Below are positions 47,308-57,041 of a stretch of 64,000 nucleotides of DNA, piece by piece; position 1 is the stretch's first letter; the number at the start of each line of letters is the position of its first letter. The stretch spans positions 416,001 to 480,000 of the forward strand of contig CAVZJB010000004.1 of assembly GCA_963775425.1 (NCBI GenBank), given 5' to 3'. Below the pieces are notes generated by a model. That model ran no database searches. It saw only the letters and a list, made by a program, of their open reading frames with translations, and was not told where the DNA came from. Made by a program: the position numbers and the translations under genes. This DNA comes from an uncultured delta proteobacterium. Its GTDB lineage: Bacteria; Myxococcota; UBA727; VGSZ01.

Positions 47308-49107
47308 ATGCAGCAGAACACGTGGCTCATCCGCCTCCTCTTCACGATCGGCGTGCTCGCGCTCGCGGGCTACCTGCTCGTGCCCACGTTCATCTACTTC
47401 AGCCTCGACGACAAAGAGCTCGCCGAGGTGCAGAAGGACTCGGCGGCGTTCAAGAAGCACATCCCGTCGTGGTCACAGGACAGCCACATCGTGCCCGGCC
47501 TCGACCTGCAGGGCGGCGTGCACATGGTGCTCGGCGTCGACCTCGACAAGGCCATCAGCGACAAGGCGCGCCGCATCGCCAGCCGCCTGCGCGACGAGCT
47601 CACCGAGAAGCACGTCGAGTTCATCAGCGTCGAGCACCTCGCCGACGTCGGCAAGGGTGACCGCGTCGAGGTGAAGTTCAAGAACGCCGACGCGCTCAAG
47701 ACCTTCGACGACGACCTCAGCGCCCGCTACGCGGACCTCGCCGAGATCTCGCGCGACCGGGACACGTTCACCGTCCTGTTCCGCGTGCACCCCGACTGGG
47801 TGAAGAAGATCAAGAACGACGCGGTCGACCAGACCATCAAGACCATCTCCAACCGCATCGACAAGATGCACGTCACGGAGCCGTCCATCACCAAGCGCGG
47901 CAGCGATCAGGTGCAGGTGCAGCTCCCCGGCTACACCAACCCCGAGGAGGCCAAGAGCCTCATCGGCCGCACGGCGCAGCTCGAATTCCAGATGTGTGAC
48001 GACACCAACGACTTCCTCACCAAGCTCACGGACCTGCCGCCCTGGGCGAAGCTCAAGAACACGGGCTTCCAGAGCAAGCACGGCGACTACGTCAAGGACA
48101 TCTACCTCGACTTCCCCGAGGACCACGTCAAGGAGATGCGGCAGTACCTCCAGGGCAAGGTGCCGCAGGGCCTCGAGGTCAAGTTCCACCACCTCGACGC
48201 GCGCGCGGGCGAGCCCAAGATGATGCGCACCTATACGCTCAACTCGGACGTCGAGCTCACCGGCGACGACCTCGTCAACGCACAGGTGTCCATGGGCTCC
48301 CCGGAGAACCCGCAGCCCTACGTCACGCTGGAGTACTCGCCGACGGGCAGGCAAATCTTCGCCGACCTCACCACCAAGAGCGTGGGCAAGCGCATGGCCA
48401 TCGTCCTCGAGGACATCGTGGACTCGGCCCCCGTCATCAACGAGCCCATCACCGGCGGCTCCGCGCAGATCACCATGGGCGGCTCTCGCACGCGCGAGGA
48501 GGCCCTGCACGACGCCAACGATCTCGCGCTGGTCTTGAAGGCGGGCGCCCTGCCCGCCCCCGTGACCTTCCGCGAGGAGCGCTCCGTCGGCGCCACCCTC
48601 GGCAAGGACGCGCTGCAGCAGGCCAAGTGGGCCTGCCTCGTCGGCGCCATCCTCGTCACGGTGTTCATGCTGTTCGTCTACCGGCTCGGCGGTCTCTTCG
48701 CGATGATCGCGGCCTTCCTCAACATCTTCCTGGTGCTCGCGGCGCTGTCGTTCTTCAACGGCTCGCTGTCGCTGCCGGGCATCGCCGGCCTGCTGCTCAC
48801 CGTCGGCATGGCCGTGGACGCAAACGTCATCATCAACGAACGCATACGCGAGGAATTCCTCGCAGGAAAAACGGCGCGAGCGTCCGTGGAGGCGGGCTAC
48901 GCGTCGGCGTTCACCGCCATCCTCGACAGCAACGTCTCCGCGTTCCTCGCGGGCCTCGTCCTGCTCGAGTTCGGGTCGGGCCCCGTCCAGAACTTCGCGA
49001 CCACGCTGCTCATCGGCATCGTGTCCACCATGTTCACCGCGGTGTTCGTGACCCGCATCTTCTTCGACATCTACACACTGAAGGACCGTGAGCGCTTGCT
49101 CATCTGA
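47308..49107 (+). CDS. secD: Protein translocase subunit SecD
   Basis: GLDLQGG, LKAGALPAP, SLPGIAGLLLTVGMAVDANVIINERIREE, ILDSN. Confidence 0.97.
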   Translation: MQQNTWLIRLLFTIGVLALAGYLLVPTFIYFSLDDKELAEVQKDSAAFKKHIPSWSQDSHIVPGLDLQGGVHMVLGVDLDKAISDKARRIASRLRDELTEKHVEFISVEHLADVGKGDRVEVKFKNADALKTFDDDLSARYADLAEISRDRDTFTVLFRVHPDWVKKIKNDAVDQTIKTISNRIDKMHVTEPSITKRGSDQVQVQLPGYTNPEEAKSLIGRTAQLEFQMCDDTNDFLTKLTDLPPWAKLKNTGFQSKHGDYVKDIYLDFPEDHVKEMRQYLQGKVPQGLEVKFHHLDARAGEPKMMRTYTLNSDVELTGDDLVNAQVSMGSPENPQPYVTLEYSPTGRQIFADLTTKSVGKRMAIVLEDIVDSAPVINEPITGGSAQITMGGSRTREEALHDANDLALVLKAGALPAPVTFREERSVGATLGKDALQQAKWACLVGAILVTVFMLFVYRLGGLFAMIAAFLNIFLVLAALSFFNGSLSLPGIAGLLLTVGMAVDANVIINERIREEFLAGKTARASVEAGYASAFTAILDSNVSAFLAGLVLLEFGSGPVQNFATTLLIGIVSTMFTAVFVTRIFFDIYTLKDRERLLI

Positions 49108-49114
49108 GGCACCC

Positions 49115-50395
49115 ATGCAGTTCTTCCATCTCTTCGACAACACCAAAGAGCGCGACCTCGTCGGCCGGGGGCGCTACTTCGTCCTCGTCGGCTTCATCTT
49201 CGCCACGGCCATGACCATCGGCATGATCTTCCCAGGCATCAACTGGGGCATCGACTTCGCCGGCGGCATGGAGATGCAGGTGAAGTTCGGCAAGCCGGTG
49301 AAGGCGGAGGAGATCCGCCACGCCCTCGTCGACCTCGGCTTCCACAAGCACCAGGTGCAGAGCTACGGCGCCACGGAGAACAACGAGTGGCTCGTGCGCG
49401 TCGAGCGCGTGAGCTCGCTGACGCCCGAGGCCATCAAGGGCGCCGAGACGGCCATCGAGAAGGAGCTCGGCGTCGACACCACCGTCGAGTTCAACCCGCA
49501 GGAGGGCGACCGCTTCCATCTGACGGTGCCGTTCAAGGGGAACCCCGAGGACATCAAGGCGCAGCAGAAGGCGCTCGACGCCATGCAGGCCACCATCGGC
49601 GACGCCGTCGAGAAGCACACGGACCTGCGGCTGCGCCGCACCACCACCAAGGACGGCACGGAGTCCACCATGGACGCCATCGTCCGCGACGAGCCGTACC
49701 AGGGGAAGGTGAAGTTCCTCGTGCAGCTGCAGGGCATCTCCGACAAGGTGTCGAAGGCCCTGTCGGCCAAGTTCGGCAACGTCGAGGTGCGCCGCGTGGA
49801 CTTCGTCGACGCCACCGTGGCGCAGGAGCTGAAGACCGACGGCCTCGTCGCGCTCATGCTCACGCTCGCGCTCATCCTCGCCTACGTGGCCATCCGCTTC
49901 GACTTGTTCTTCGCCCCCGGCGCCGTGATCGCGCTGCTCCACGACCCTCTGGGCGCGCTCGCCGTGTACGTCATCGGCCGCATGGAGTTCGATCTCCCGT
50001 CGGTGGCGGCGCTGTTGACCACCGTCGGCTACTCCATCTCCCACACCATCGTCATCTACGATCGCGTGCGCGAGACCATGCCGCCGGAGCCACCCGGCGG
50101 CCACTCGTTCGAGACCGTGAAGAAGGTCGTGAACAAGGCCGTGAGCGACACGCTCAACCGCACCATCAACACCACCATCACGGTGCTCTTCACCACCGTG
50201 TCCGTCTGGGTGTTCGCCGGCGGCTCGGTGCGCGCCTTCGCCGCCTGCCTCACCGTCGGCTGCGTCATCGGTGCCTACTCGTCCATCTTCATGGCGCCCA
50301 CGATCTACCTGTGGTTCCGCAAGAACTTCTACAAGCCCCCCGAGCGCAACCGCCGCGGCATCACGCGAGAAGATCGCGCCCGCGGCGTCGTGTGA
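49115..50395 (+). CDS. secF: Protein translocase subunit SecF
   Basis: GIDFAGG, ALLHD, VAALLTTVGYSI, IVIYDRVRE, TLNRTINT, GAYSSIFMA. Confidence 0.96.
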   Translation: MQFFHLFDNTKERDLVGRGRYFVLVGFIFATAMTIGMIFPGINWGIDFAGGMEMQVKFGKPVKAEEIRHALVDLGFHKHQVQSYGATENNEWLVRVERVSSLTPEAIKGAETAIEKELGVDTTVEFNPQEGDRFHLTVPFKGNPEDIKAQQKALDAMQATIGDAVEKHTDLRLRRTTTKDGTESTMDAIVRDEPYQGKVKFLVQLQGISDKVSKALSAKFGNVEVRRVDFVDATVAQELKTDGLVALMLTLALILAYVAIRFDLFFAPGAVIALLHDPLGALAVYVIGRMEFDLPSVAALLTTVGYSISHTIVIYDRVRETMPPEPPGGHSFETVKKVVNKAVSDTLNRTINTTITVLFTTVSVWVFAGGSVRAFAACLTVGCVIGAYSSIFMAPTIYLWFRKNFYKPPERNRRGITREDRARGVV

Positions 50396-50578
50396 TCCGC
50401 GCGGCCGCTCCCTGCGGTCGCTGATCGCTGATCACGCGCGGCCGCTCCCTCCGGTCGCTGATCGCTGATCACGCGCGGCCGCTCCCTCCGGTCGCTGATC
50501 ACGCGCGGCCGCTCCCTCCGGTCGCTGATCACGCGCGGCCGCTCCCTCCGGTCGCTGATCACGCGCGGCCGCTCCCTC
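50393..50578. repeat. Tandem repeat of the 30-bp unit TGATCACGCGCGGCCGCTCCCTCCGGTCGC (about 6 copies, two separated by TGATCGC)
   Basis: Copies start at 50393, 50429, 50466, 50496, 50526 and 50556 (partial). The array begins at the secF stop codon. Confidence 0.95.
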
Positions 50579-50704
50579 ATCAGCGCGAGCTGGGCGCGAC
50601 CGCAGCGCTGCAAGAGCTTGTCCCACATCGGCGCATAGGGCGACGCTGGCGTCGGCCGTTGGGACCCGTGCTAGTGTCCCCCCGGTCTGTCTGCCGGAGA
50701 CTGA

Positions 50705-51364
50705 ATGCTGAAGATCGGCCAGCTCATCCAGGAAGGGAACCCGTTCATCATGTTGGCGATGGTGAGCCTTCTCGCCGTCGTCATCATCACCACGGAACGG
50801 TTCTATACGCTCTACTTCCGCTATCGCTTGAAGGTCCCACCGTTCCGCAAGGCGCTCGAACAAGCGCTGACCGAGACGGACCTCAACAAGGCGCTGCGCA
50901 TCGCGTCCATCAACCAGAACCACCCCGTCTGCAAGGTGGCGCGCGCGGGCCTGCTGCGCGCCAACGGCGGGGATCGGGAGCTGGTGCGGGCGATGGAGAC
51001 GGCGCAGCTCGAGTGCATGCCCCGCATCACCGGGCTCACGCCGTTCCTCGCGATGCTCGGCAACCTGGGCACCCTGCTCGGCCTCATCGGCACCGTGTTC
51101 GGCATGATCGCGGCGTTCGAGGGCCTCGGCGTCAGCGACTCGGGCGCCAAGCAGGAGATCCTCGCCCGCGGCATCGCCCTCGCCATGAACGCGACGGCCA
51201 CCGGCCTCATGGTCGCCATCCCCGGCACCTTCTTCGCCACGCTGTTCGGCTTCCGGCAAGAGAAGATCCAGGATCAGATGGAGGAGACGTCGCTCACCGT
51301 CGCCGGCGCCATCGGCCAGGCCACCCGTGAGGCCAAGCTGCGCGCGCAGCAGGGGCAGCGCTAG
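50705..51364 (+). CDS. MotA/TolQ/ExbB proton channel protein (AglR-like)
   Basis: LGNLGTLLGLIGTVFGMIAAF and GIALAMNATATGLMVAIP; three TM helices. Confidence 0.93.
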   Translation: MLKIGQLIQEGNPFIMLAMVSLLAVVIITTERFYTLYFRYRLKVPPFRKALEQALTETDLNKALRIASINQNHPVCKVARAGLLRANGGDRELVRAMETAQLECMPRITGLTPFLAMLGNLGTLLGLIGTVFGMIAAFEGLGVSDSGAKQEILARGIALAMNATATGLMVAIPGTFFATLFGFRQEKIQDQMEETSLTVAGAIGQATREAKLRAQQGQR

Positions 51365-51367
51365 CCG

Positions 51368-51943
51368 ATGCCAAGGCGCCGCAAGATCGACGGCGACAAA
51401 GAGGTCGACCTCGCCGCCCTCGTCGACATCTTGTCGAACATGCTCTTCTTCCTGCTCGCCACCGTGAGCTTCCTGCAGCTCAAGACCTTGAACACCGCGG
51501 TGCCCGCCTTGTCGACGGGGCCGGTGTCGACGGGCAAGTCCGTCGACGTCAGCGTCGAGGTGCGAAGCACGGGCTACGTCCTCAAGGCCACGGGCGAGGC
51601 GGCGGACCCCAACTCCACCTTCCAGCCCGTGCAGCGCGACATCCCGCGCATCTCCGACGCGAGCACCTGCAAGGCGCAGAAGGCCGTGGCCCCGTGCCTT
51701 GACCGCAAGAAGCTCACCAAGGAGGCGTGGGAGATCAAGAAGCAGGCGCCCGAGACCAAGGTGGTGATGATCTTCCCGGAGCAGACCGTGCCCTTCGAGG
51801 AGATCGTCCAGACCATGGACGCCACCCGGGAGATGCCCTCCATCATCGACCCCAACAAGAAGGTGCCGCTGTTCACGCGCCCCGTGCTGTCCGAGCTGGT
51901 GACGGGGAATGAACAGGCGCGCGACGACGGACCTGCCCCGTGA
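51368..51943 (+). CDS. ExbD/TolR family protein (AglQ-like)
   Basis: VDLAALVDILSNMLFFLL with the conserved TM Asp; IFPEQTVPFEEIVQTMD. Confidence 0.88.
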   Translation: MPRRRKIDGDKEVDLAALVDILSNMLFFLLATVSFLQLKTLNTAVPALSTGPVSTGKSVDVSVEVRSTGYVLKATGEAADPNSTFQPVQRDIPRISDASTCKAQKAVAPCLDRKKLTKEAWEIKKQAPETKVVMIFPEQTVPFEEIVQTMDATREMPSIIDPNKKVPLFTRPVLSELVTGNEQARDDGPAP

Positions 51944-52476
51944 GCGACGATCCGGATTGGGTGCCGCGCAAGCGGCGGAAAAAGAAGATCGAGGTGATGC
52001 GGCTGAACCTCGCGCCGCTCATCGACATCAACGCGAACCTCCTCTTCTTCCTCATCGTGGCCAACTCGGTGCAGGAGGACCGCCTGCAGGCCGGCAAGGA
52101 CGTCGAGCTCCCCGCCTCCACCTCGAGCAAGGCGGAGGCCGGCGACCTCGTCTCCGTCGTCGTCAGCATGAACAACATCTCGGTCAACGAGCTCAACATC
52201 ACGCCGTCGCCCATCAAGAACGGCCAGCTCATCGCCAACTTCCTCGACACCAAGAAGGAAGACCGCATCACGCCGCTGTACACACGGCTGACCGAGCGCT
52301 TCCAGGACCTGGTGCGCAAGGGCGCCCAGCCCGGCGCCACCGACGACGACAGCAAGCTCCCCGTGGTGCTCATCCAGGCCGACCGCCGCCTCCCGTACTC
52401 CACGCTCGCGAAGGTCATGCGCACCTGCGGTGAGGCAGGCTTCAGCAAATTCCGCTTCGCCGCCAAGAGCGGCTGA
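51940..52476 (+). CDS. ExbD/TolR family protein (AglS-like)
   Basis: LNLAPLIDINANLLFFLI, VELPASTS, IQADRRLPYSTLAKVMRTCGEAGF. GTGA overlap with the previous gene. Confidence 0.9.
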   Translation: MSDDPDWVPRKRRKKKIEVMRLNLAPLIDINANLLFFLIVANSVQEDRLQAGKDVELPASTSSKAEAGDLVSVVVSMNNISVNELNITPSPIKNGQLIANFLDTKKEDRITPLYTRLTERFQDLVRKGAQPGATDDDSKLPVVLIQADRRLPYSTLAKVMRTCGEAGFSKFRFAAKSG

Positions 52477-52568
52477 GCCCCGCCCGGGCGCCGGCCAGCA
52501 CGAGCCGCCCAGCGACGGGCGAGACGAGCGGTTCCCCGCCGTCATCCCGGTGCTAGCTTCGCGGCCGC

Positions 52569-54806
52569 ATGTTCGCCGCGCTCGGGCGCCTGTCGTTTCG
52601 CTTCCGCTGGGTGATCGCCTGCGCCTACCTGGCGCTCGTGGGTCCGCTCGTGTGGCTCGGCCTGCCGGTCTTCGAACGGCTGCGCGCCGGCGGCTTCGAG
52701 GACCCGACGTCGGAGAGCTGGCGCGTCTATTCGGACCTCGAGCGCGAGATCAAGGTCGGCGACGCCGACATCCTCGCTCTGTACACCGCGCCCTCGGGAA
52801 CCATCGACGACATCGAGGCGTACACCGCGGCGCTCGAGGCCATCTCGCGCGTCGAGAAGGACCCCGCCGTCGTCACCACCGCGAGCTGGTACACGACGCA
52901 GGCGCCGCAGCTCATCACCAAGGACAAGACGCGCACCTTCGTGCTCATCGCGCTTCGCGGCGACGACCAGACCAAGATCGAGGCCACGCGCCGCCTGAAG
53001 CCGCTCCTGGAGGCGCCGCCGCTCACGCTGCAGATGGGCGGGGTGATCCCGGTGAACATGGCCGTCGCCACCACGGTGGAGGCGGACCTCAAGCGCGCCG
53101 AGCTGGTGGCCTTCCCCATCACCGCCGTCCTCCTGCTGATCTTCTTCGGTTCGCTGGCGTCGGCGTCGCTGCCGCTCACGCTCGGGGCGCTGGCCATCGC
53201 GTTCGCCCTCGGCGTGTTGCGCGTGCTCACGGCGTTCACGCCCATGAGCATCTTCGCCGTCAACATCATCACGTTGCTCGGCCTCGGCCTCGCCATCGAC
53301 TACTCCCTGTTCCTGATCAACCGCTATCGCGAGGAGCTGCCGCGGCTCGGCCCCGAGGGCGCCCTGGTCAAAGCCGTGTCCACGACGGGGCGGGCCGTGG
53401 CGTTTTCGGGCGTGACGGTGGCGGCCAGCCTGTGTGGGCTGTTCGTGTTCCCGCAGAATTTCCTGCACTCCATCGCGCTCGGCGGCATCGCCGTGGTGCT
53501 CGGCGCCATCCTGCTGTCAGTGTCGCTGTTGCCGGCGCTGCTCGCCATCCTCGGCAAGCGCGTGGACGCGCTCAAGGTGCCCTTCATCAAGACCGAGGTG
53601 AAGGACGTCAAGGAGACGTTCTGGCACAAGATCGCCTTCGCCGTGATGCGCCGCCCGGTGCTGACGGCGCTCGCCGTGACGCTGCCTCTCCTCGTCGTGG
53701 GGACCCCGTTTTTGCGGTTCAACCCGAGCTTCCCCGACTACCGCATCCTGCCGCCCAGCGAGCCCGCCTTCATCGCCAACGACATCCTCGACAAGGAGTT
53801 CGACGGCAAGCAGATGACGCCCATCGACGTGCTCGTGAAGACGCCCTCGCGCGCGCTCGACAAGGACAACCTCGAGAAGCTCTACGACCTGTCGCAAAAG
53901 CTCGAGAAGATGCCGCACGTGAAGCAGGTCTCCGGGCTGTTCACGCTGGTCCCGGGGATCCCGCGGGAGACCATCATCGACAAGCTCTCGCTGCCCAAGG
54001 ACAAACAGGATCCACAGGTGCAGATGGGCATCGACGCCTTCTCGCACGACGACTACTTCCGCTTCGCCGTCCTCCTCGACATCACGTTCAACGAGGCCGA
54101 GTCCATCGCGCTCGTGCGCGACCTGCGCACCATCGACATCCCGGGCTTCGACGTCGAGATCGGCGGCCCGGCCGCGTTCCTCATCGACCTGCGCGACCGC
54201 CTCGTGGAGCGCGCGCCCAAGATGATCGGCATCGTCTGCCTGGTGATGTTCATCGTGCTGTTCCTGGTGTTCGGCTCGGTGACGCTGCCGTTGAAGGCGA
54301 TGCTCATGAACGCGCTGTCGTTGTCGGCGAGCTTCGGGGCGCTGGTGTGGGTGTTTCAGGACGGGCGCTTCTCCCACGTGCTGCACTACGTCCCGCTCGG
54401 CATCTCTGACTGCACGGCGCCGCTGTTGATGTTCGCCATCGTCTTCGGCTTGTCCATGGACTACGAGGTGCTGCTCCTGTCACGGGTGCGCGAGGAGTAT
54501 GTGAGGTGCGGCGACAACGACGTCGCCGTCGCCCACGGCCTCGCCCGCACCGGCAACCTCATCACGCGCGCGGCGCTCCTGCTGTTCGTGGTCATCGCGG
54601 CGTTCGGCACCAGCCACATCATCTTCATGAAGTCCCTGGGCCTGGGGATGGCGCTGGCGATCCTCCTCGACGCCACCATCGTGCGTGGCCTGCTGGTGCC
54701 GGCGGCGATGAAGCTCATGGGCAAGTGGAACTGGTGGGCCCCGGCGTTCATGGTGAAGCTCTGGGAGAAGGCCGGCCTGAGCGACCTCGAAGGCCACGAC
54801 GACTGA
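52569..54806 (+). CDS. MmpL/RND family lipid transporter
   Basis: Two TM bundles with LGLGLAIDYSLF and FGLSMDYEVLLLSRVREEY; LDATIVRGLLVPA...GKWNWWAP. Confidence 0.93.
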   Translation: MFAALGRLSFRFRWVIACAYLALVGPLVWLGLPVFERLRAGGFEDPTSESWRVYSDLEREIKVGDADILALYTAPSGTIDDIEAYTAALEAISRVEKDPAVVTTASWYTTQAPQLITKDKTRTFVLIALRGDDQTKIEATRRLKPLLEAPPLTLQMGGVIPVNMAVATTVEADLKRAELVAFPITAVLLLIFFGSLASASLPLTLGALAIAFALGVLRVLTAFTPMSIFAVNIITLLGLGLAIDYSLFLINRYREELPRLGPEGALVKAVSTTGRAVAFSGVTVAASLCGLFVFPQNFLHSIALGGIAVVLGAILLSVSLLPALLAILGKRVDALKVPFIKTEVKDVKETFWHKIAFAVMRRPVLTALAVTLPLLVVGTPFLRFNPSFPDYRILPPSEPAFIANDILDKEFDGKQMTPIDVLVKTPSRALDKDNLEKLYDLSQKLEKMPHVKQVSGLFTLVPGIPRETIIDKLSLPKDKQDPQVQMGIDAFSHDDYFRFAVLLDITFNEAESIALVRDLRTIDIPGFDVEIGGPAAFLIDLRDRLVERAPKMIGIVCLVMFIVLFLVFGSVTLPLKAMLMNALSLSASFGALVWVFQDGRFSHVLHYVPLGISDCTAPLLMFAIVFGLSMDYEVLLLSRVREEYVRCGDNDVAVAHGLARTGNLITRAALLLFVVIAAFGTSHIIFMKSLGLGMALAILLDATIVRGLLVPAAMKLMGKWNWWAPAFMVKLWEKAGLSDLEGHDD

Positions 54807-54809
54807 GGG

Positions 54810-55637
54810 TCAGCCGACGTCGAGCGTGCCCTCGACGACGAGGACGGCGTGGCCGAGGAGCGTCACGCGATCCCCGCGCAGCTCCACGCCCACGTCGCCG
54901 CCGCGGGCGCTGAGCTGGCGCCCGCGCAACGCGCGCTTGCCGAGCTTCGCGCCCCACAGCGGCCCGAGCACGCAGTGGGCGGAGCCGGTGACGGGGTCCT
55001 CGTCGACGCCCTCCGCCGGCGCGAAGAAGCGCGAGACGAAGTCCACGCCACCCTCCCCGCCGTCCCCTGTGTCGTCGACGCCCGCGGGCGCCGCCGCGCG
55101 GGCGGTGGCGCAGACGGTGCGGCAGCCGAGCGCGCGCACGGCGGCGTAGTCGGGGACGAGCTTGCCTACGGCCTCGGCGCTCTCGAGCACGACGACGACG
55201 TCCTCGCGAAAGGCGTGCTGCTCGACGACGGCCGCGCCCAGCGCGTCCGCCACGCGCGCGTCGACGGGACCCGGCGCAGGCGGACGCGCGGGGAAGTCCA
55301 TGGCGAGGGCGTCGCCGGCGCGCGCGACGAGGAGCGGGCCGGACTTCGACAGGAAGCGCACCTCGGCGGCGCCGGGGGTCAGGCGCGTGAGCACCACGTG
55401 CGCCGACGCCAGCGTCGCGTGGCCGCACAGGTCCACCTCGACGGCCGGGGTGAGCCAGCGGATGCGCCAGGCGTCGCCCTCCGGCAGCAGGAACGCCGTC
55501 TCCGAGAGGTTGTTCTCGCGAGCGATCGCTCGCATCACCTCATCGTCGACGGGGGCCTCGAGGACACAGACCGCCGCGGGGTTTCCGTGGAAGCGCTCGC
55601 GGGTGAAGGCGTCGACGACGAAGTGAGGGATGCGCAT
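54810..55637 (-). CDS. PhzF family isomerase
   Basis: VDAFT...GNPAAV, NLSETAF, EVDLCGHATLA, EDPVTGSAH. Confidence 0.93.
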   Translation of the reverse strand: MRIPHFVVDAFTRERFHGNPAAVCVLEAPVDDEVMRAIARENNLSETAFLLPEGDAWRIRWLTPAVEVDLCGHATLASAHVVLTRLTPGAAEVRFLSKSGPLLVARAGDALAMDFPARPPAPGPVDARVADALGAAVVEQHAFREDVVVVLESAEAVGKLVPDYAAVRALGCRTVCATARAAAPAGVDDTGDGGEGGVDFVSRFFAPAEGVDEDPVTGSAHCVLGPLWGAKLGKRALRGRQLSARGGDVGVELRGDRVTLLGHAVLVVEGTLDVG

Positions 55638-55686
55638 GACCCGCTCCGGAACAGGGACCAGCGCCCGCCCTCCGGGCGGAGCCGCC

Positions 55687-56247
55687 TCAGTAGCAGATGT
55701 CCTCGCGCGCGCGGTTGCGGCACGCGTCGGCGAAGCCCGCGATGGCGTCCGGCGTCAACGGGCTCGCCTCGAGGACGATGTCGGCGGCGACGGCGGCGGT
55801 GTGGACGTCGAGCTTGGGGTCGTCGGTGACGACGGTGCGAGGGTGGCCGCACTCTGGGTCGTCCGAGATGGCGTCGAAGCCGTCGAGCACCTGCTGGCGT
55901 TCGGCGTCTGTGGCGTCGGGGCCGATGAGCAGGACGATGCCGCCGTGCTCGAGGTTGTGCACCCAGTTCCCGCGGTTGACGACGTCATCGTGGACGCCCC
56001 AGCTCGCCCACACCGGGAAGTGCGGGCCCGAGGCGGGCGGGTTGTGCTCGTAGACGAGCTCCTCCTCGGTGTTGACGTGTGTCCATCCCTCGTCGGGGAC
56101 GGCCTCGGCGCCGTCGAAGGTGCACACACCGTCGCGCGGGGTGCCGTCGCTGTAGCAGCCGCCGGCGAGGCCGGCGCACGCCGCGAGCGCGACGGCGGCC
56201 GTGGCGGCGGCCCGCGCTCTCGTCGACGTGCGCACCCGGAGAGGCAT
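55687..56247 (-). CDS. DUF3105 family lipoprotein
   Basis: Lipobox LAGGC; YEHNPPASGPH...WVHNLEHGGIV; start approximate. Confidence 0.85.
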   Translation of the reverse strand: MPLRVRTSTRARAAATAAVALAACAGLAGGCYSDGTPRDGVCTFDGAEAVPDEGWTHVNTEEELVYEHNPPASGPHFPVWASWGVHDDVVNRGNWVHNLEHGGIVLLIGPDATDAERQQVLDGFDAISDDPECGHPRTVVTDDPKLDVHTAAVAADIVLEASPLTPDAIAGFADACRNRAREDICY

Positions 56248-56264
56248 GGCGGCAGGATGCCACG

Positions 56265-56957
56265 TCACGGCGGCTCCCGCATCGCCGCGGTGAGCGCGTC
56301 GAGCGCGGCCCGGGTCTTCCCCCCCTCGCGCCCGAGCGGCTTGGCGCCGTGGTGCACCACGAACGCCTCGAGCGACTTGAGCGCGGCGTCGGCGTCCTTC
56401 TCGTCGACGCGGGCGGAGATCTCGACGAGGTCGCCGCCGGGGATGCGCCAGCGCTCGAGGGCCGCCGGCAGCGCGAGCCCCGGCGCCTTCGCCGGCTTCC
56501 ACACCGTCGTCGACACCGGCCCGAGGACGGCCAACGCGTCCCAGGGCACGCCCGGCGCGCCGAGCACCGTGTCGGCGAGGGCGCGCTGCGCGTCCGTGAA
56601 CAGCGAGCGCACGGGCCGCGCGCGCGCGACGACCGCCTCGATGTGCTTGCCCTTGACGTGCTCCGTGAGGCTCGTGGTGACGACGGCGGCGCTCTCCGTT
56701 CGGTCCACCTCGCGCTTGAAGCCGGCGCGCTGCTCCGTGCCGGCGGGGACCGGCGTGGCCCCCGGCACCTTCACCGCGACGTCGTCGCCGTGGCCGTGCA
56801 CCCGCCGCGCGCGCAGCACCACGCCGCGGGCGTAGAGGGTCAGCTCCGGCGTGTCGAAGAACACCACGTCGCGGCGCTCGCCGGCGTCGAGCCGCATGGC
56901 CTTCTCGACGCGCGCGCCGTCGGCGTCGCCGAGCTCGATCTTCACCTCGACCTTCAC
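56265..56957 (-). CDS. CYTH-like (adenylate cyclase / triphosphate tunnel) domain protein
   Basis: VEVKI, VFFDTPELTL...GVVLRARR...VAVK, FKREVD, LERW...VEIS, KTRAAL. Confidence 0.7.
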   Translation of the reverse strand: MKVEVKIELGDADGARVEKAMRLDAGERRDVVFFDTPELTLYARGVVLRARRVHGHGDDVAVKVPGATPVPAGTEQRAGFKREVDRTESAAVVTTSLTEHVKGKHIEAVVARARPVRSLFTDAQRALADTVLGAPGVPWDALAVLGPVSTTVWKPAKAPGLALPAALERWRIPGGDLVEISARVDEKDADAALKSLEAFVVHHGAKPLGREGGKTRAALDALTAAMREPP

Positions 56958-57041
56958 CCCGGGAACGTACCGCACCGCGCGCCTCACCGGGCCGAGCGCC
57001 GGCGGGGTGAGCGCGCCGCGGCGGCGCTGTGAGCTCGGATC

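Noticed and set aside
50393-50578. Possible CRISPR array (30-bp repeats)
   Set aside because: Units are directly adjacent or separated only by an invariant 7-mer. There are no unique spacers and no cas genes in the window.
50329-50628. 99-aa ORF with RPRVISDRRE repeats
   Set aside because: It is only the translation of the tandem repeat and overlaps secF antisense, with no independent coding evidence.
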